Assembly: GCA_028534125.1 (NCBI GenBank)
Contig: CM052817.1
Span: forward strand, 96,412,001-96,476,000
Direction of reading: 5' to 3'
DNA from: Lama glama
Lineage: Eukaryota
DNA length: 64,000 bases
Below, in pieces: positions 49,937-62,809 of the stretch. The stretch's first letter is position 1. The number at the start of each line of letters is the position of its first letter. A model generated the notes under the pieces. That model did not search any database, had not been told where the DNA came from, and saw nothing but the letters and a program-made list of their open reading frames with translations. The position numbers and the translations under genes are program-made.

Positions 49937-52274
49937 GTCAGTGATGTCTTCTTTCTAGCTGACTTCTGGATGCTCTGGACCAGCCCAGCTCCCCAGGCAC
50001 AGGAGAAACAGGGTGGACACTGGCTGTGTAAGTGAGGAAGGCTGACAGGCCCCTCCGCCTTAAAGACCCACATATTAAGATTCAGAAACCTTTTAAAAGC
50101 AGAGGGCGAGCAGGTACCTCTCAGAGGTCTAAGGATTACTACGCATCGCACTAAAATACCTTTACGTCTTTATTTCTAGGCTATTATTCCATCTCAAACA
50201 GAAGCAGTTCACGCTGCAACAGACAAGTGCTATAACCACTAAGTGAAACTACACGTCTATAATCTTTGTGTTCATTACCAAGTAGTAATGACCATGGACA
50301 TATAATAATTGATTAGAACTTTTAAAAATAACCATGCTATCGCATAGCCATGAACATGAACCCATGGCGTTATAATATAAAACAACTCAGGCCCTGAGCA
50401 TACACAAATTCCAGTTAGAACCCTACAGTCAGTAAGAGCTGCTGTTGAAGAGATGAATTTCTTTAGCCCATCTGCCACTGTTCATACCATGCAGCTGACT
50501 CTAGTGCTACAAAACCTTGGAATCATTGAAGAAAAAGGTGCAGCACTGAACTCATAAGAACCAGAGTCCAGATATATAGGTTTCCTTCCAAATGGACGAT
50601 CTGCTAGTCACGTGACATAGGACAAGTCACTTTGGTCTCTTCGATTCAGCCTGTCTATACATTGAACTTCCTGAGTTGTGGTGGGGTTGAAAAATGTAGA
50701 TGATAGAGAGTCAAGTTTTATCAACTCTGAGTTCTCATTCTGTTAGGGGTGGATTAAGTCGGGAATTGGTTTTTATTTGGGTTATTTTGTTGTTTCTGAC
50801 GGCTGAGCTCTTCACTGGTACTTTTATTTTCACGACTATTATTGAAAGAAGCACTCATGACTCCGAACTCTGAGATCTTTGTAATAAAATGACCCACTAC
50901 AAAAAATAATAATAAAATAAAGTCGAATAAAGTAAAATAAAATGACCCACCCCAATGGTATGGCATTCTCTTCAGGTGTATGTCATTTTATCACTAAACA
51001 TTCGTAGGCACTTTATAAACGTACCTTCAGACGTGTTTTAGTTTTGAGGACATGCTGTGATCACTAGCAATGAAAAAGCAAAATTTTAAATACAGACATG
51101 GAGGGATGGGTAGCCTCCCTGCTCGACTATTCAGACGCCGAAAGCCCAGCAAACTTGGGCCAGGGCAGGTCTCTTTCGAAGGCGATGGCTCAGCCGCGGA
51201 ATCTGGAGCAAGCGGCCAGCTAATGTGAAATTCTTTTCATCTTCCCTCAGCACTCCTGTGCGAACCAGGAGGATTTCTGAGAGGCACAGAGATCTCAGTT
51301 GTTGCAGCCAGACTGCTTTCTAGTTTGAGCTCAGGAGAGGAAGGGCAATTTCGTGTTAAACAGACACACAAGATAACAGGGCAGGGTGGGAGCTGATAGC
51401 CCGAAATACGTATGCAAACCCTCCCTTGGAAGCTTGCATTTCACTATCTTGTACAAAGTTAATGGAAACCAAGGAACTACCATTCCAGAGTCGTCGCCCC
51501 CTTTAATCCTTAATAACCAAATAAAAATGGGCAGCCTGTATTCAGGAGCAGCTCCAGCAAGCAGATCTCCAGGAAACAAGGCTCCCCACAGACTTTCCCT
51601 TGATCTTAAAGCTTAACTTGAAACATTTATATGCACGGAGCACCTGGCCAGGAGATGCGAGGAGGGCTTTTTTTTCACCTTGGCTCTATTTCTTTCTTGA
51701 ATAATAAATTCTCAGGGTTTCCCCTCCTCCTCTTCCTGGAAACTGATTTCATTCTAAATAATGTTTTTTGTTCTTTCTTAATAGTTTAAGAAAAGCAAGA
51801 CAAACTTGAAACCCCCCCCATTAGCACCCACCGGGCTCCCTGCCTGCCCGATGGTACCACCTTCGCTCTAAGGAAGATAAAGTCCAAGTCAGCATCGGTT
51901 AATTCCGACCAGGTTGAGAACTTCTTTTGTTTGACTTCAAAGCGCTCAGGTTAACCTATTATGCAATTGAGTATCACCTGGCTACTCGAGTCTGCCTCAC
52001 ACACCCTTGCTGGGTGAGGAAGAGATAAACTCTATAAACTGTTCTGACTGCACCAGCTTAAACATCCAGGTGTCTGAACTACAGTCAGATGCTTAACAGA
52101 GGAGCAGAGTCGGGGCTGGTCCTAAAACGGTAAGGCCATCTGGGTCACATCCTCAACAAGGATATAATGCGCTCGATGGTGAAAACACTCACACGAGCCT
52201 GCTCTGTGGTCTTTCTCCCGAATCAGGTCACACCCATGACAGAAATCTTACAGCTCTTTGGAAATGAATGTATT

Positions 52275-52425
52275 TAGGATTGCACAAGGGAGTTTGGGGC
52301 AGCAATGAAACTGTTCTGTATCATAATCATGTGATGGTTATATGATCTGTACAATGCATTACAATTCAAAATAAACAGAAATGTACACCCCCCAAAAAAG
52401 AAATTAATGTATTTAGAAAAAAGAG
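52275..52425 (+). mobile_element. Old LINE-1 3' UTR fragment
   Basis: gcacaagggagtttgggg..atgaaactgttctgtatcat...gtgatggttatatgatctgtac. Confidence 0.55.
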
Positions 52426-52679
52426 TACTAGTTCATAAGTACCCTCTCTTCTCTTTCTTCCACTTTTCTTTCCTTTCTTTCTCTCCATCTTCATTTCACG
52501 CAATATACTTGAGAAGACTAACCAAAAGACACATGATGCAAAAGCATGTGATAAAGAGCTGAAATTAAGGCAAAGGGAAAAAAAGGTTTTTAAAAAGCCA
52601 AAGGAAATATTCCAAAATATACAGATGCAGACCATTCGCTCCTGTATAGTTGCTGGGAGGTGGAAGGTATATATTTGAC

Positions 52680-53292
52680 TCTGTGGATGCTGCGACCTGG
52701 TCCAGAACCCATCAATGCCCAATTCATCTCCCCGCCTCCAGCCTCGCCCCCACTGATCACATTCTCCATGCCTGCGTGATACCTCTAAAAAGCAAATCAG
52801 ATCAGGTCTTATTCCTGCTTGCAGCACGTTGATGGCTTCCTGCAGTATTTAGGATAATATCAGAACTCCTCCCTGTCGCTTACAAGGCTCTTGTGACCCG
52901 GACCCTCACTGCTCTCAACCTCATCTCTGTCCGCCTCAGCCCCCTGGCCACTCTGCCCTCTGGCCACATGGAACCTTGGTCAACAATTCAGGTGTGCCCT
53001 TCCCTGAACAGAGCTGCCAGCGAGGCTCTTCTGCCTCTCCTCTGGGTGAACTTACACCTGCTCTTCCTCCAGTTCTGGGTTCATCCCCAGTTCTGATGCT
53101 CCTGAACCTCCCTCATTATGGTATCTACCAATGTTTGACCATTTACTGAATAGCCCACGTGTGCTGTCTGATAATGCACTCTCTGAGAATAGGGACTGGG
53201 TGTAAGTCGTTCTGTATTTTATTCCCAACAGCTAACACAGTACCTGACACATTATTGCTTAACTCTATGTTATTGTTTGTTGCATGAATAAG
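52680..53292 (+). mobile_element. L2 3' region
   Basis: aaaagcaaatcagatcaggtc...gatggcttcc...ggataatatcagaactcc...cagctaacacagtacctgacac...gtttgttgcatgaataa. Confidence 0.7.
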
Positions 53293-53294
53293 TA

Positions 53295-53530
53295 ATAATA
53301 ATCACTGACATCTATTAAGCATTTACCATGGGCCATTCAAGATGCCCAATGTTTTACCTTCATTATCTTTGTGAACATAGTCAATTCTCACAGTAAAGCC
53401 ATAGGAAGACAACTATCACCTGCATCTTACAGATGAGGAAACCGAGGCTTCCAGGGGCTAAGTGCAGGTGCTAAGCCACCAACCTGGGCCTTTCTGGTTC
53501 TCAAGTTTAAGCTCTAATCACCACTCTATT
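53295..53530 (-). mobile_element. MIR SINE
   Basis: aataatcactgacatctattaagcatttaccatgggcca...catcttacagatgaggaaaccgaggc. Confidence 0.75.
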
Positions 53531-56500
53531 CTACTTTCTGGTGACAAATGATGCTTCCTAACAGAGTGATCAAAAAGGAAATACTCAGTGACAAGACTCA
53601 CAGCATTGGAAAAAACACACACACCAAATCTGGAGGAGAATCATGGCTTCTCCTGGATTCTGCAGCTTCCCCTGGGTCATGTCAGAGCATCCCCAGTGGC
53701 CTGATTTTGTGGATGGCAGCCTGAGAGTCCCTGCAGTGAGAAGAATAGCAGATTTCATGGAGCCTTTTCCTGGGGACAATACAAGCCACTGGCGCCACAC
53801 GAAAGTGGAATTCACCAAGGTCTGTCTCCAACAGGTGAAACACACAGTTCTCTGCTGATCTGGTTCAAATCAAGGGGTTATTAAAGTTACCAAAACCAAG
53901 CCCAGCAAATATTCATGTTGTCACTTCAAGATTGCCTTCCCCTTGAGAAGAGTGAGGAAGAGGAGTGTTAGTGGGAAAGATCCAGCTTGACCTAGACGGG
54001 CCATGACCTAGAAGAGTGTGCGGGAAACCGCCTTGGCCAGCACGGCCTCACGGAGAGTTCTCTGAAAGGCACCCGTATCTGGGGACGGCTTCTTCCTCTG
54101 GAACCTGGAGATTCCAGTGTCACAAGGCTCCTTTCTGCTCTGATGTTTCCTAGTTGTCAAGGCTGGTCTCCTCTGAGTGCCATGTTGTGTGGTTTTGTTT
54201 AGAAGTTAACACTCTGCTCCCTGTCCAAAAGTTTGGATTTGTTTGAGTCTCAACCATTAAGGAGTGAGAAGGAATTAGCCAAGGAATTCTGGCTATTGGC
54301 TACCCCCTGCTTATGTCTGCTGCCCCAGAGGTAAAAAGCCGTTGGCCACAGAAAATAACACACACACAGACACACATACGCACACACACGCACATACACA
54401 CACGTCTTCTTTTGGGGCAGGTGCAACCATCCACTTCGGGACCCGGTTTGTACGTTTGCTTTCTGAATCAGCGTAGAGTTTTCTCTGAAACAATGTGCCT
54501 TTACTAATCATTGCTGGTCGCGGTCTGTACTTCCCAGTCTTGGAAGCATCTCTCCTGACTGTGGTTATTTCCATCTCGTCTACAACTCTGTGAACGGAAA
54601 TCTTAGACCTTATCAATACTGAAGTCTGTTCAAAGGAAGAGCAGATGTTCTGTTTAATAATCACAATATTGTGACATCTCCAAAAAATCAGTCTATGTTT
54701 TTTTTCCTTCAAAAGCCATGCACCCGAGCATCTGTTTTTAAAAACATACACCTCTTGTCTTGCAGATGTTTACAGTTATTCCACAACCTTTAAACCACCC
54801 TCACAAAATGACTCTGAAGTAGGTAAATAATGTACAGTCTTTGAACAAAATAGGTGCCCTTTTGCCATGAAGAAAAATATATTATACACAGAAATCTGAA
54901 AATTCTAGGATAAAAGAAAAGGCTAGGAGCTTTAGACTATTTATAACCCACTTGTTTGCTTTTTAGGGATTTTGTAAGTCACCGAGTCTGATTCTATCAA
55001 TTGGGAGAGAATAAAGCTACTTACTAAAAGGACACGCAAGTTTATTCTTTCTAGTAGTCAGCCACGAAATTTAGAATTCCACAATAGCAGGTTTATACCT
55101 TATTACTATGCATGGCTTTCAGTGTTTCATCCCGTGTTTCTTGTAATTCAACATTTACCAGTTACTTAATAGCATCTTAGTTTCAGTTAATTGCTCCATA
55201 AATAAGGGAAACGGTGAAAAGTTCGAAACGATTCAGAAGAGAAACTGCACTAGCTGAGACGTAAGTCCAAACTTCAGAAGCAAAATGATAAACACATAAA
55301 ACAAAAGGAATTTGGAGTGTTTGTCTTGACAAAGACAAGGGAGATTCTGTATTTTTCTAATCAGAAAAAAAAAGGTCATCCCTGTAAATTAGTGAAGGGA
55401 AATTTAGGTTGGACTTCTAAGGAAAGTGATCTTTCGGGTTGTGAGAGGCTGAATGTCCACGTTCCACAGAGGAAAATGACTGGAGTAGACGCTCATCTCA
55501 GAGGGAGGAGGCAGACATTGGAGTGGAGCTGCAGCTCCAAGGAGAAGCCTGGAGTGCAGGCAATGATTTCTGCAGATGAGCTCCTTCCAGCCCCAGGGGT
55601 TGGCAACTTGCCTCCCGTTTAGGGAAGAGCCTTTACTTAGCAGACGGTGGCCTAGTGTTTTAAGAGAATAAGCGCATCTCCCTGGGTCCCTGTGCATCAG
55701 TATACACAGACCTTGGGAAGCTCTGGTGCTGTATTAACGCCAGATGCTCACTTAAGAGGCACAGGCACGTAAGGGGAGGCACCATCTCTTTTTCAGCAAC
55801 CAGGTTTAAAAACAAACGAACAAAAGAATTGCCCAGGTTCATCTCAAACTTTTGGATAGCTTGTCAAAATAAGGGATGGTGGAAGCACACGACACAACAA
55901 AATGCAAACAACAAACCTAGTCCTTTCGAGAAAACTCCTCAGTGTCCCCTGCATGGTTCAATCACGCTGCTCATTAAATGAGTCGTCGTAATCCTCACTG
56001 TCAGCCCAACCTTCTAGGTGCCAAGATTTCCTTTTGAAGAGAGAAGGTACTTGGTGGGCCAGCTTTGCAGAAAGGTAAACATTTGGAAGCCAGGAGGGGG
56101 TTTTCTGGTGTTGAACGTCTGGTTTCTTCTAAATTTAGAGGCCCTCCCACTCAACCATACACATACTTTTTTGGGGGGTTGAAAATATTTTTTTAATTTA
56201 TTTTAATTTTTTAGTTTGCACAGGCACCAGGTGCTGTAACACACCTCGAGTGTCTTTTAAAAATTAAAACAGGGTTGATTTGTAGTGTCAGTGGTTTCCT
56301 GTTAATCAAAATCACTGACAATTTTTCAGGAGGGAAGAGGTACGGTTTAGCTTTCTCACTAGAGAGTGTGGCTCCATTTTTCTGTTTTGATCTAAATCTG
56401 AATGTTTTCCAGCAGATAATTCTCTTGCATTTTTTAAAGGAGGTAAACAGGGAATGCAATTCTCAGAAAATAAATGTTTATTTGGACACACAGGCTCCCC

Positions 56501-57914
56501 TGCCGCCCTGGACAAATGTGCGGAACTCCAGGTCCCTCTGCTGGCCCAGCTCGGCGGGAGCACCTCCCATCAGGGCACCTTCAGTGATTCTGCCTTCAAA
56601 CTAAAACTTCCAAAATGGAATGTTCTGTTCACTCTGGTCCTACCGCCAAGGGCCATCACCCGGATGCAGGGAGGGGGGTACGTGTGGACACCATTTATGA
56701 GAAGAATGAGCGGCTCCCCACGGGAGGGTGGCTCTGATTTGTGTTTGACTCTGAAGCCAAAGCACACGTCGATTCTGAAGGGGTGTCCTTCCAATTGTCT
56801 TTAAAAAAAATTAGAATTGCCTTTAATGAACTAGAGAACATATAGGAATCTTCTTGTCCTTAAATTTAAGGATTTCTTAAAGAACTAAAGAAATAAAAGA
56901 AGACACACGAATTTAACAAAGCAGCAAGTTTCCCAGCAACAGTCATATAAGTACAGTTTTGTGAGCTCCAGATTCGATTCTTTTAAATTGGAGAATTGTG
57001 TTGCGGCATTCTGGTGTTCTTTTTCAATGAAAATAAAATTGCCCTATGATGTTTAAAAAGAGTCTGTAGTTTAATTGTAAATGCATTCAAGAAAGCACCA
57101 TTCTCTTTAAATTGTCATTAGGAGGGCCTTTATTTCAAACCATGAATTAATACCAGAAAAGTGCTGTGTTTGTTTCCTGATGCTAATTGCCATGATATTC
57201 TTGATTACAGAAAAGAAATCAGATTTTTTTAAAAAAAAGCTCATGAGGTCAGTGGATTCAAATGGGTCAAGGCAAATAATATTTGAACAGTGATGAGTTG
57301 GTCTGAAGCTATCATATTAAACCAAAAAGTAAATAAGGACCCAAAGCAAATAATGACAGGAAGAAAGAGAGACAGAGAGACAGAGAGAGAGATGGAGAGA
57401 AAGAGGAGGAGAGGAGCGGGGAAATGAATAATGACAAAGAAAACCAGCACTTTCAGCTGAAGGGCCCCTTACATTTTGAAAAGTGATACTGAATGAGTTT
57501 TAAAGATATGCATACTAATCTTCAATAGAGTAGCAATAGAGGGACATCATTCTGGAGTATCTGAAATCATTTCTGTAGAAATCCACCACTCTCCAGTTTG
57601 CATATCTTCCATCATAAAGAACACACAGGAGAGACAGCACTATTCTCCAGCTGGCGCTCTCATCACATCAATTCCAGCCCGCACGCAGGTCTGTCTGATA
57701 ACCTTTGTTTTAGATGCAGTAGGTGAATACATATTTCAATTACTGGAGCTCTCCTATTTTTACAGGTTCAACTTTTTCATAATTGAGATGCTTGAGTACT
57801 TTTTGTTAAGACTTTTTCTCTTAAAAAAAAGTGTATATGACAATTTTAAATTAAATGGCTTTAAAATTCATTTTGTTTTGAGGATTCTGTTACCAGAGAA
57901 GTTAAGGACACTAG

Positions 57915-58073
57915 AACCCCTTCCAAAGTTACTGCCATTTGGAAGCATGTGAGGACGCTTTCAAAAATCCAGCCACCCAGGCCCCACTTCAGATCTGAAT
58001 CAGAACCTCTGAGGAAAGTTCCCTAGAATCTTTTATTTATTAAATGTAATGCCTCTGAGTGGAAACCACTGCT
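57915..58073. mobile_element. MER5-like hAT-Charlie MITE
   Basis: cccaggccccacttcagatctgaatcagaacctctg...gtggaaaccactgc. Confidence 0.6.
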
Positions 58074-58421
58074 CCAGGATGTTGCAAAATCAAGAGATGT
58101 TAAATGATTTTTTTTAATCATCCAACATCTCGGCAGTTTCTTGCAGCCAGGAAGACCAGAGGACCTGAGGCCACGCTATGTTCTATAAGCACCAGGCACA
58201 AATGTCTGTTTTCAAAAGATGCATAAAAACAGAATGTTGTTTAAGTATGCTTTCTAGGTAAGTAAATTGCAAACTCATAATTTAATATGCTCTACTTTTG
58301 TCCTATTATACAAGAGGATTCATTTAAATTACTAGTCTTTGCTTTCTAATTTTTTAAATTTGGTTGTTGGAAAAATAAATTCATCATGTTTATCATAGTC
58401 ATTGCTAACATAAAAGAACAA

Positions 58422-58440
58422 TGTTGCCACCTAGTGGTCA
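58422..58440 (-). promoter_or_regulatory. CTCF-binding motif
   Basis: Minus strand TGACCACTAGGTGGCAACA fits the CTCF core CCASYAGRKGGCR. Motif match only; binding is not shown. Confidence 0.65.
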
Positions 58441-58503
58441 ATTGGAGACATTAAAGACTCAGAATGTCTTGTTAAATGCCAGGTTGAAGGAAATGAACAC
58501 TAA

Positions 58504-58642
58504 GGAAAGAAGGTACACAGCATGCACGAGGTCCTAGGTTCAATCCCCAGTACCTCCATTAAAACAAATAAATAAGCCTAATCAAACAACGCCCCCAGAA
58601 AAGTAAAAAAAATTTTAATTTTAAAATAAAAATTTTTAAAAA
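58504..58642 (+). mobile_element. tRNA-derived SINE of camelid (vic-1-like) type, A-box region deleted
   Basis: agcatgcacgaggtcctaggttcaatccccagtacctcc with Pol III B-box GGTTCAATCCC (58537-58547), then aaataaataagcctaat...ccccc and an A/T-rich tail. Confidence 0.85.
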
Positions 58643-59799
58643 GATCTCATAGCCAGTACCAGAGATGATAAAAGATGTAAAAATACCTCGATAGGACAAT
58701 GAGGTAAGCGATTCTTTCTAAATGAAAGGCATGGAGCCCTGGGGGCTTGTGAATCCTATAGTTCTCTGCGGACCAGAGCTAGCGCAGCTTGGCTGCAATG
58801 CATAAATATCAGCGTTCGGGTGACACATAATTCACTGACTCTCAAAAAACTCACTCTGTCTTAGTTCAGAATTCACCAAGCAACTGCAGAATGGTAGAGA
58901 GGCGGAAAGCATGCAACCAGAGAATGGAATTACGTGGAGGAGGCAAGACCAAGATGAAGCACCCAAAAAGAGCCACCAACACCTGCTTATTCACTCCGAG
59001 CCACGGCTAGAACGTCACTCCAGTAGCAGGGGGGATTTACGTCACATTCAGAAGATGGTCAAGATCCCTCCCAACTTCCCTATGATTCACAGTATCATAT
59101 AAAATTAATTTCTCACCCACTCATGAAGAGATGACTGCACGTTCCCATCTCTGGAGCTCTTATTAAAGACCTCAAGCCTCCCCAGCCCCTCTCCATCTTA
59201 AAAGGTGCCTCTGCCTACTCTCTGCCCTGGGTTCTTCCCACCATGGAGGATCTGCTGTCAGACTGTAACTACGACTCACTTCTGTGCCAGTTACGGTCCC
59301 ATAAAGACCACTCAGGTTTGGTCAGGCTACAGGACTCGGGAGACTTCACAGGGCACACTCTCGTAAGCTTAAAATAAGGCAAGAGCTTTGGCGCACCAAG
59401 AGAAAGAGTGCACCCAGGTATTGAGAAGCCGAGGTACTTCCAGGCAAAGTCTCCAGGATTCTGCTTATTTCTAGAAGGAGGTGCTTGGTCTCTAGATTAA
59501 ACCACTAAGACTTGTGCGTTGAATCTTGGTTTCCCAAGACCTCCAGGCAGAAGTTTCCAGTACAGCCTTGTACTCCCCTGGCCGCCTCTACCAAGCCAGG
59601 CTAGCTCGTTACACCAGGTGAAAGCTCTCAACAATCAATCTGGCGCTGGGGAGTTTCAGGCTGTAAAACGGTGTGTCATAAATCATTAGTTAGTTGGTTA
59701 GTTAGCCCACTGACCTTCAACTGGCCAGGAGTCAAAGCCAGACGTCCAAGTGTCTATGGAAATAAGCACAGAGCTGCTCTAGTCCAGTATAAAATAACC

Positions 59800-60195
59800 C
59801 AACAACACAGGTGCTTTGACTGCAAGCAAAAGAAATGGCTTCTGATCAACTTAAGCCAAAGAGAATTTACTGGGATGGATCTCACAAGAAGGTGAGAGGA
59901 CTGCACTTGAGAAGAGGCGTTTAACAAGGCAGGTCCCAGACAAGGAAGCAGGAGTGACAAGGCGCTGCCAGCAGCTCCTGGGGTTCCAACCAACTCCTCA
60001 GTCCCTTTGTTCCTCTGCTCAAAATTCAGATCTATGGGGAATGGGCTACTGGGGTCCATGTACTGCCACCAGTCCAGAGAAGTGGGGGACCTGGACAACA
60101 GATGAATACTAGGTAACTTCTGGGGAAAAAAAATAACTGTTATTAGAAAGCAAAATGCCTTCTGCATTGTCAAAATCCAGACAATATTCATTCCA
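59800..60195 (-). mobile_element. Old ERVL-MaLR LTR (MLT1L-like)
   Basis: gactgcaagcaaaagaaatggcttctgatcaacttaagccaaagagaatttactgg...ctctgctcaaaattcaga. Explains ORF 59754-60191. Confidence 0.55.
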
Positions 60196-60434
60196 GCTTA
60201 TAACTCCTGTTTGTGAATCAGAAGTTTGGGGCAATTCAGGTAGAATCCTTTATGTCTAAGACAATAGCATCAATTCATTTCCTGTGAAAATACCGTTCTT
60301 TCTTACTTCCCTCTTCCTGTATTATATCCTCCACCTGCCAACAGCAGCACACTCACATCCGCTGTCATTTTAGAAAGATGTAAATCCTAGCTGACATGAA
60401 AAAGGAAACAAAAAATAGCTGGTGGTTTTAAAAT

Positions 60435-60785
60435 AGTTTTTCTTATTATAAAACACATATGCCTATTATAGAAAAATTTTGAAAGTGAGGAAAATTATGA
60501 AGTGAAGGAAAACAAAATCAATTTGTAATTTCACAACAGAGGCAGAATCCTAGAAACATTCTGTTACATTTCCTCCCAGGTGGTATGTTGCTCCCACATT
60601 TTTGTCTATCTACGCACTGGTATAGTAATATAAACATTAGTCTATACCCATATTGCTACATAATTTGGACCATGTGGTCTATTCAGGGTTTGGGGGTGGA
60701 GGGGTTGCCTTTTCTTTAACTTTGTTTTACAATGAACATTTTTTAGTCATCACATTTTATGCAAATTTGCAGTGTTCCCCATGTA
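60435..60785 (-). mobile_element. Ancient LINE-1 (L1ME-like) 3' remnant
   Basis: ttcttattataaaacacatatgcctattatagaaaaattttgaaa...gtaatttcacaacagaggcag...aacattctgttacatttcctccc. Confidence 0.45.
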
Positions 60786-62512
60786 AATATATTTTTAAGA
60801 AATGTGAATTTTTAGGTGGCACTTGAAGAATCATGTACATAACCCTGGAAAGGGTGCCCATCAGAGGAAGCGATTAGAAATCAGCCCTGGGGCTTGCCAG
60901 GAAGAGGCAAAGAGGGTGTACGCCTGCAGAAGTCAAATGATGTGGCAAGAGTGGGGAAAAAATCCTCTGGAATCAAAGAACCACCCGGCCAGTCCCTTCT
61001 GAGAAAAAAAACACTATTAATAATAGAACTCTAGGTTCTGGCATCAATTTAACTGGCATCGTGGTCCTCCCCCATCTCCCGTCCTCAGTCTCCCACCGGA
61101 CCCAGGACTGCTGTATTTCCTGGTGTCTTCCTACCCTTCCCAGAACCACTAAGAATCTATTTATAACTGTGGGAGCTCAGCTGGGGCCCCTGTGACTGGC
61201 AGACTCGTGGAGGTGTCCCCTGAGGAGGGAACGGGTAAGGGAGCTCCGAGGCTGTGATCGCCTCTTTTCATGGGTCCCTGTTCACGGCTGTGACAAATGA
61301 AGATGCGTGAAAACTACAGAACATGGACTTTTTTTTGGTTACAGTGAAATGCTCATAATGGGCATTTTTAATAAAACTTTCCGTAATTTTCCACCTCCCT
61401 TAATTTTTAGTGCTGCCTGACCCCTGACTCTGATTAGAGCTGGAGAAAGCACAGGATGTTTTCTTGAAAAGACTAATGGGATGAAATTATGAAATTGGCT
61501 AGGGAGTGACTTTTAAAAAATTGTCCCACGTTAAGTAATATCAAATCACCAAATATGACTTGATCATACCCAGAGGGAGGGAAAGTGTTTTTACAAGATT
61601 CAAGCTCAACTTGCCTATCAGTTATATTGAAGACCTGACGCCACGTTTTCCTACAAAAATTCCACGGTCTCTTAATTTTCCAGTGGAAGTTACTAAGCTA
61701 CTTTTGCTTGGTAACAAGGTAAATTCTGGGCCCAAACATAAACCAGACTTGATACTATAACTCAAGCAGGTGTGATGTGTGAGTCCCAAACAGCCCTACA
61801 ACTGTGTAATGTCTAGATCCTGGGGGCAAACTCCTAGCTCATAATAGCATAGAAGGATCACGAATTTATTCACACTGTAATTATATGTAAAGAAAATACA
61901 GATTTCCACTTTCTTCTGTAACTGGGTCTGTCTTTCTCATCTGCCTCCGCCTGTTGGATCATGGGAGAAAAATCTTTTCATCAACTCAGTCTGGCACAAA
62001 AACCCTTCAGTAATGCTCTGTCTCTTTAGGTCAAGGTCAGTCCCTCAAACGTCACCCTACATCATCTCTGGTTTTATTAGCAGGGAGTGTGGCTTGTATA
62101 ACCATGGGGAGGCAGAAGGAACAGGTGGTCCACAGAACCAGCAGGCATCCTCCAGAACCTCATGGACCCCTGAGATACAGTGGCTTGTTCTGGCCAGATT
62201 TAAACACTGGGTTGTGACCAGTTCATCTCTGGGCTTCCTCCTGGCACCTGTGCAGAAAGGCTGCAGCTTTTCCAGGCTTCCCGTTTGGGATTCTGTGGAG
62301 CTCCCTCATGGCCCAGGCTTCAGTTTGTCTTGTCCAAGAGCTGCAGGCCCAATGGAGTCTCTGCCTTGTCTTCCATCTGCCCTTGGCCAGACTGTCCCTT
62401 TTGTCATCTCCTCACCTTGTCCCACAGCAGCCCTGTGGTCCACTCGCCACCTCCCACTGGAGGCCTGTGGGGCTTTCTGAGTTCCATTCACACCTGGAAG
62501 AGCCAAGGGAAC

Positions 62513-62548
62513 TGCTCCAGACTGAAAATCTTGTGTCCCCAGCCTCCA

Positions 62549-62588
<40 letters not shown>

Positions 62589-62809
62589 CTCTCTCTCTCT
62601 CTCTCACTTGTTGAAATCCTAACTCCAAGGTGATGGTATTCGGTGGTGGGGCCTTTGGGAGGTCATGAGGCCATGAAGGTGGAGCCCTCATGAATGAGGT
62701 TAGTGCCCTTATTGAAAAAAGGCTCCAACCTGACCGTCAATGAGGATGCTGTCACAAAAACATCCAGTTTACGGTATTTCTGTTACCGCAGCCTGAACAG
62801 AGTAAGGTT
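62513..62809 (+). mobile_element. MLT1A-like ERVL-MaLR solo LTR, internally deleted
   Basis: tgctccagactgaa..ttgtgtcccc...gttgaaatcctaactccaaggtgatggtattcggtggtggggcctttgggagg...ggtggagccctcatgaatg...tttacggtatttctgttaccgcagcctgaac. Flanks GGAAC/GGGAC may be a 5-bp TSD. Confidence 0.85.
62551..62604. repeat. (CA)17(CT)10 compound microsatellite inside the MLT1A LTR
   Basis: Directly visible. Confidence 0.95.

Noticed and set aside
54311..54751. 146-aa minus-strand ORF with an acceptor-like site near 54628
   Set aside because: It runs into a CA-rich microsatellite, has no good donor and no recognised homology.
58519..58557. Possible tRNA gene
   Set aside because: Only the B-box half is present, with no cloverleaf, and it is followed by a SINE body and A-rich tail.
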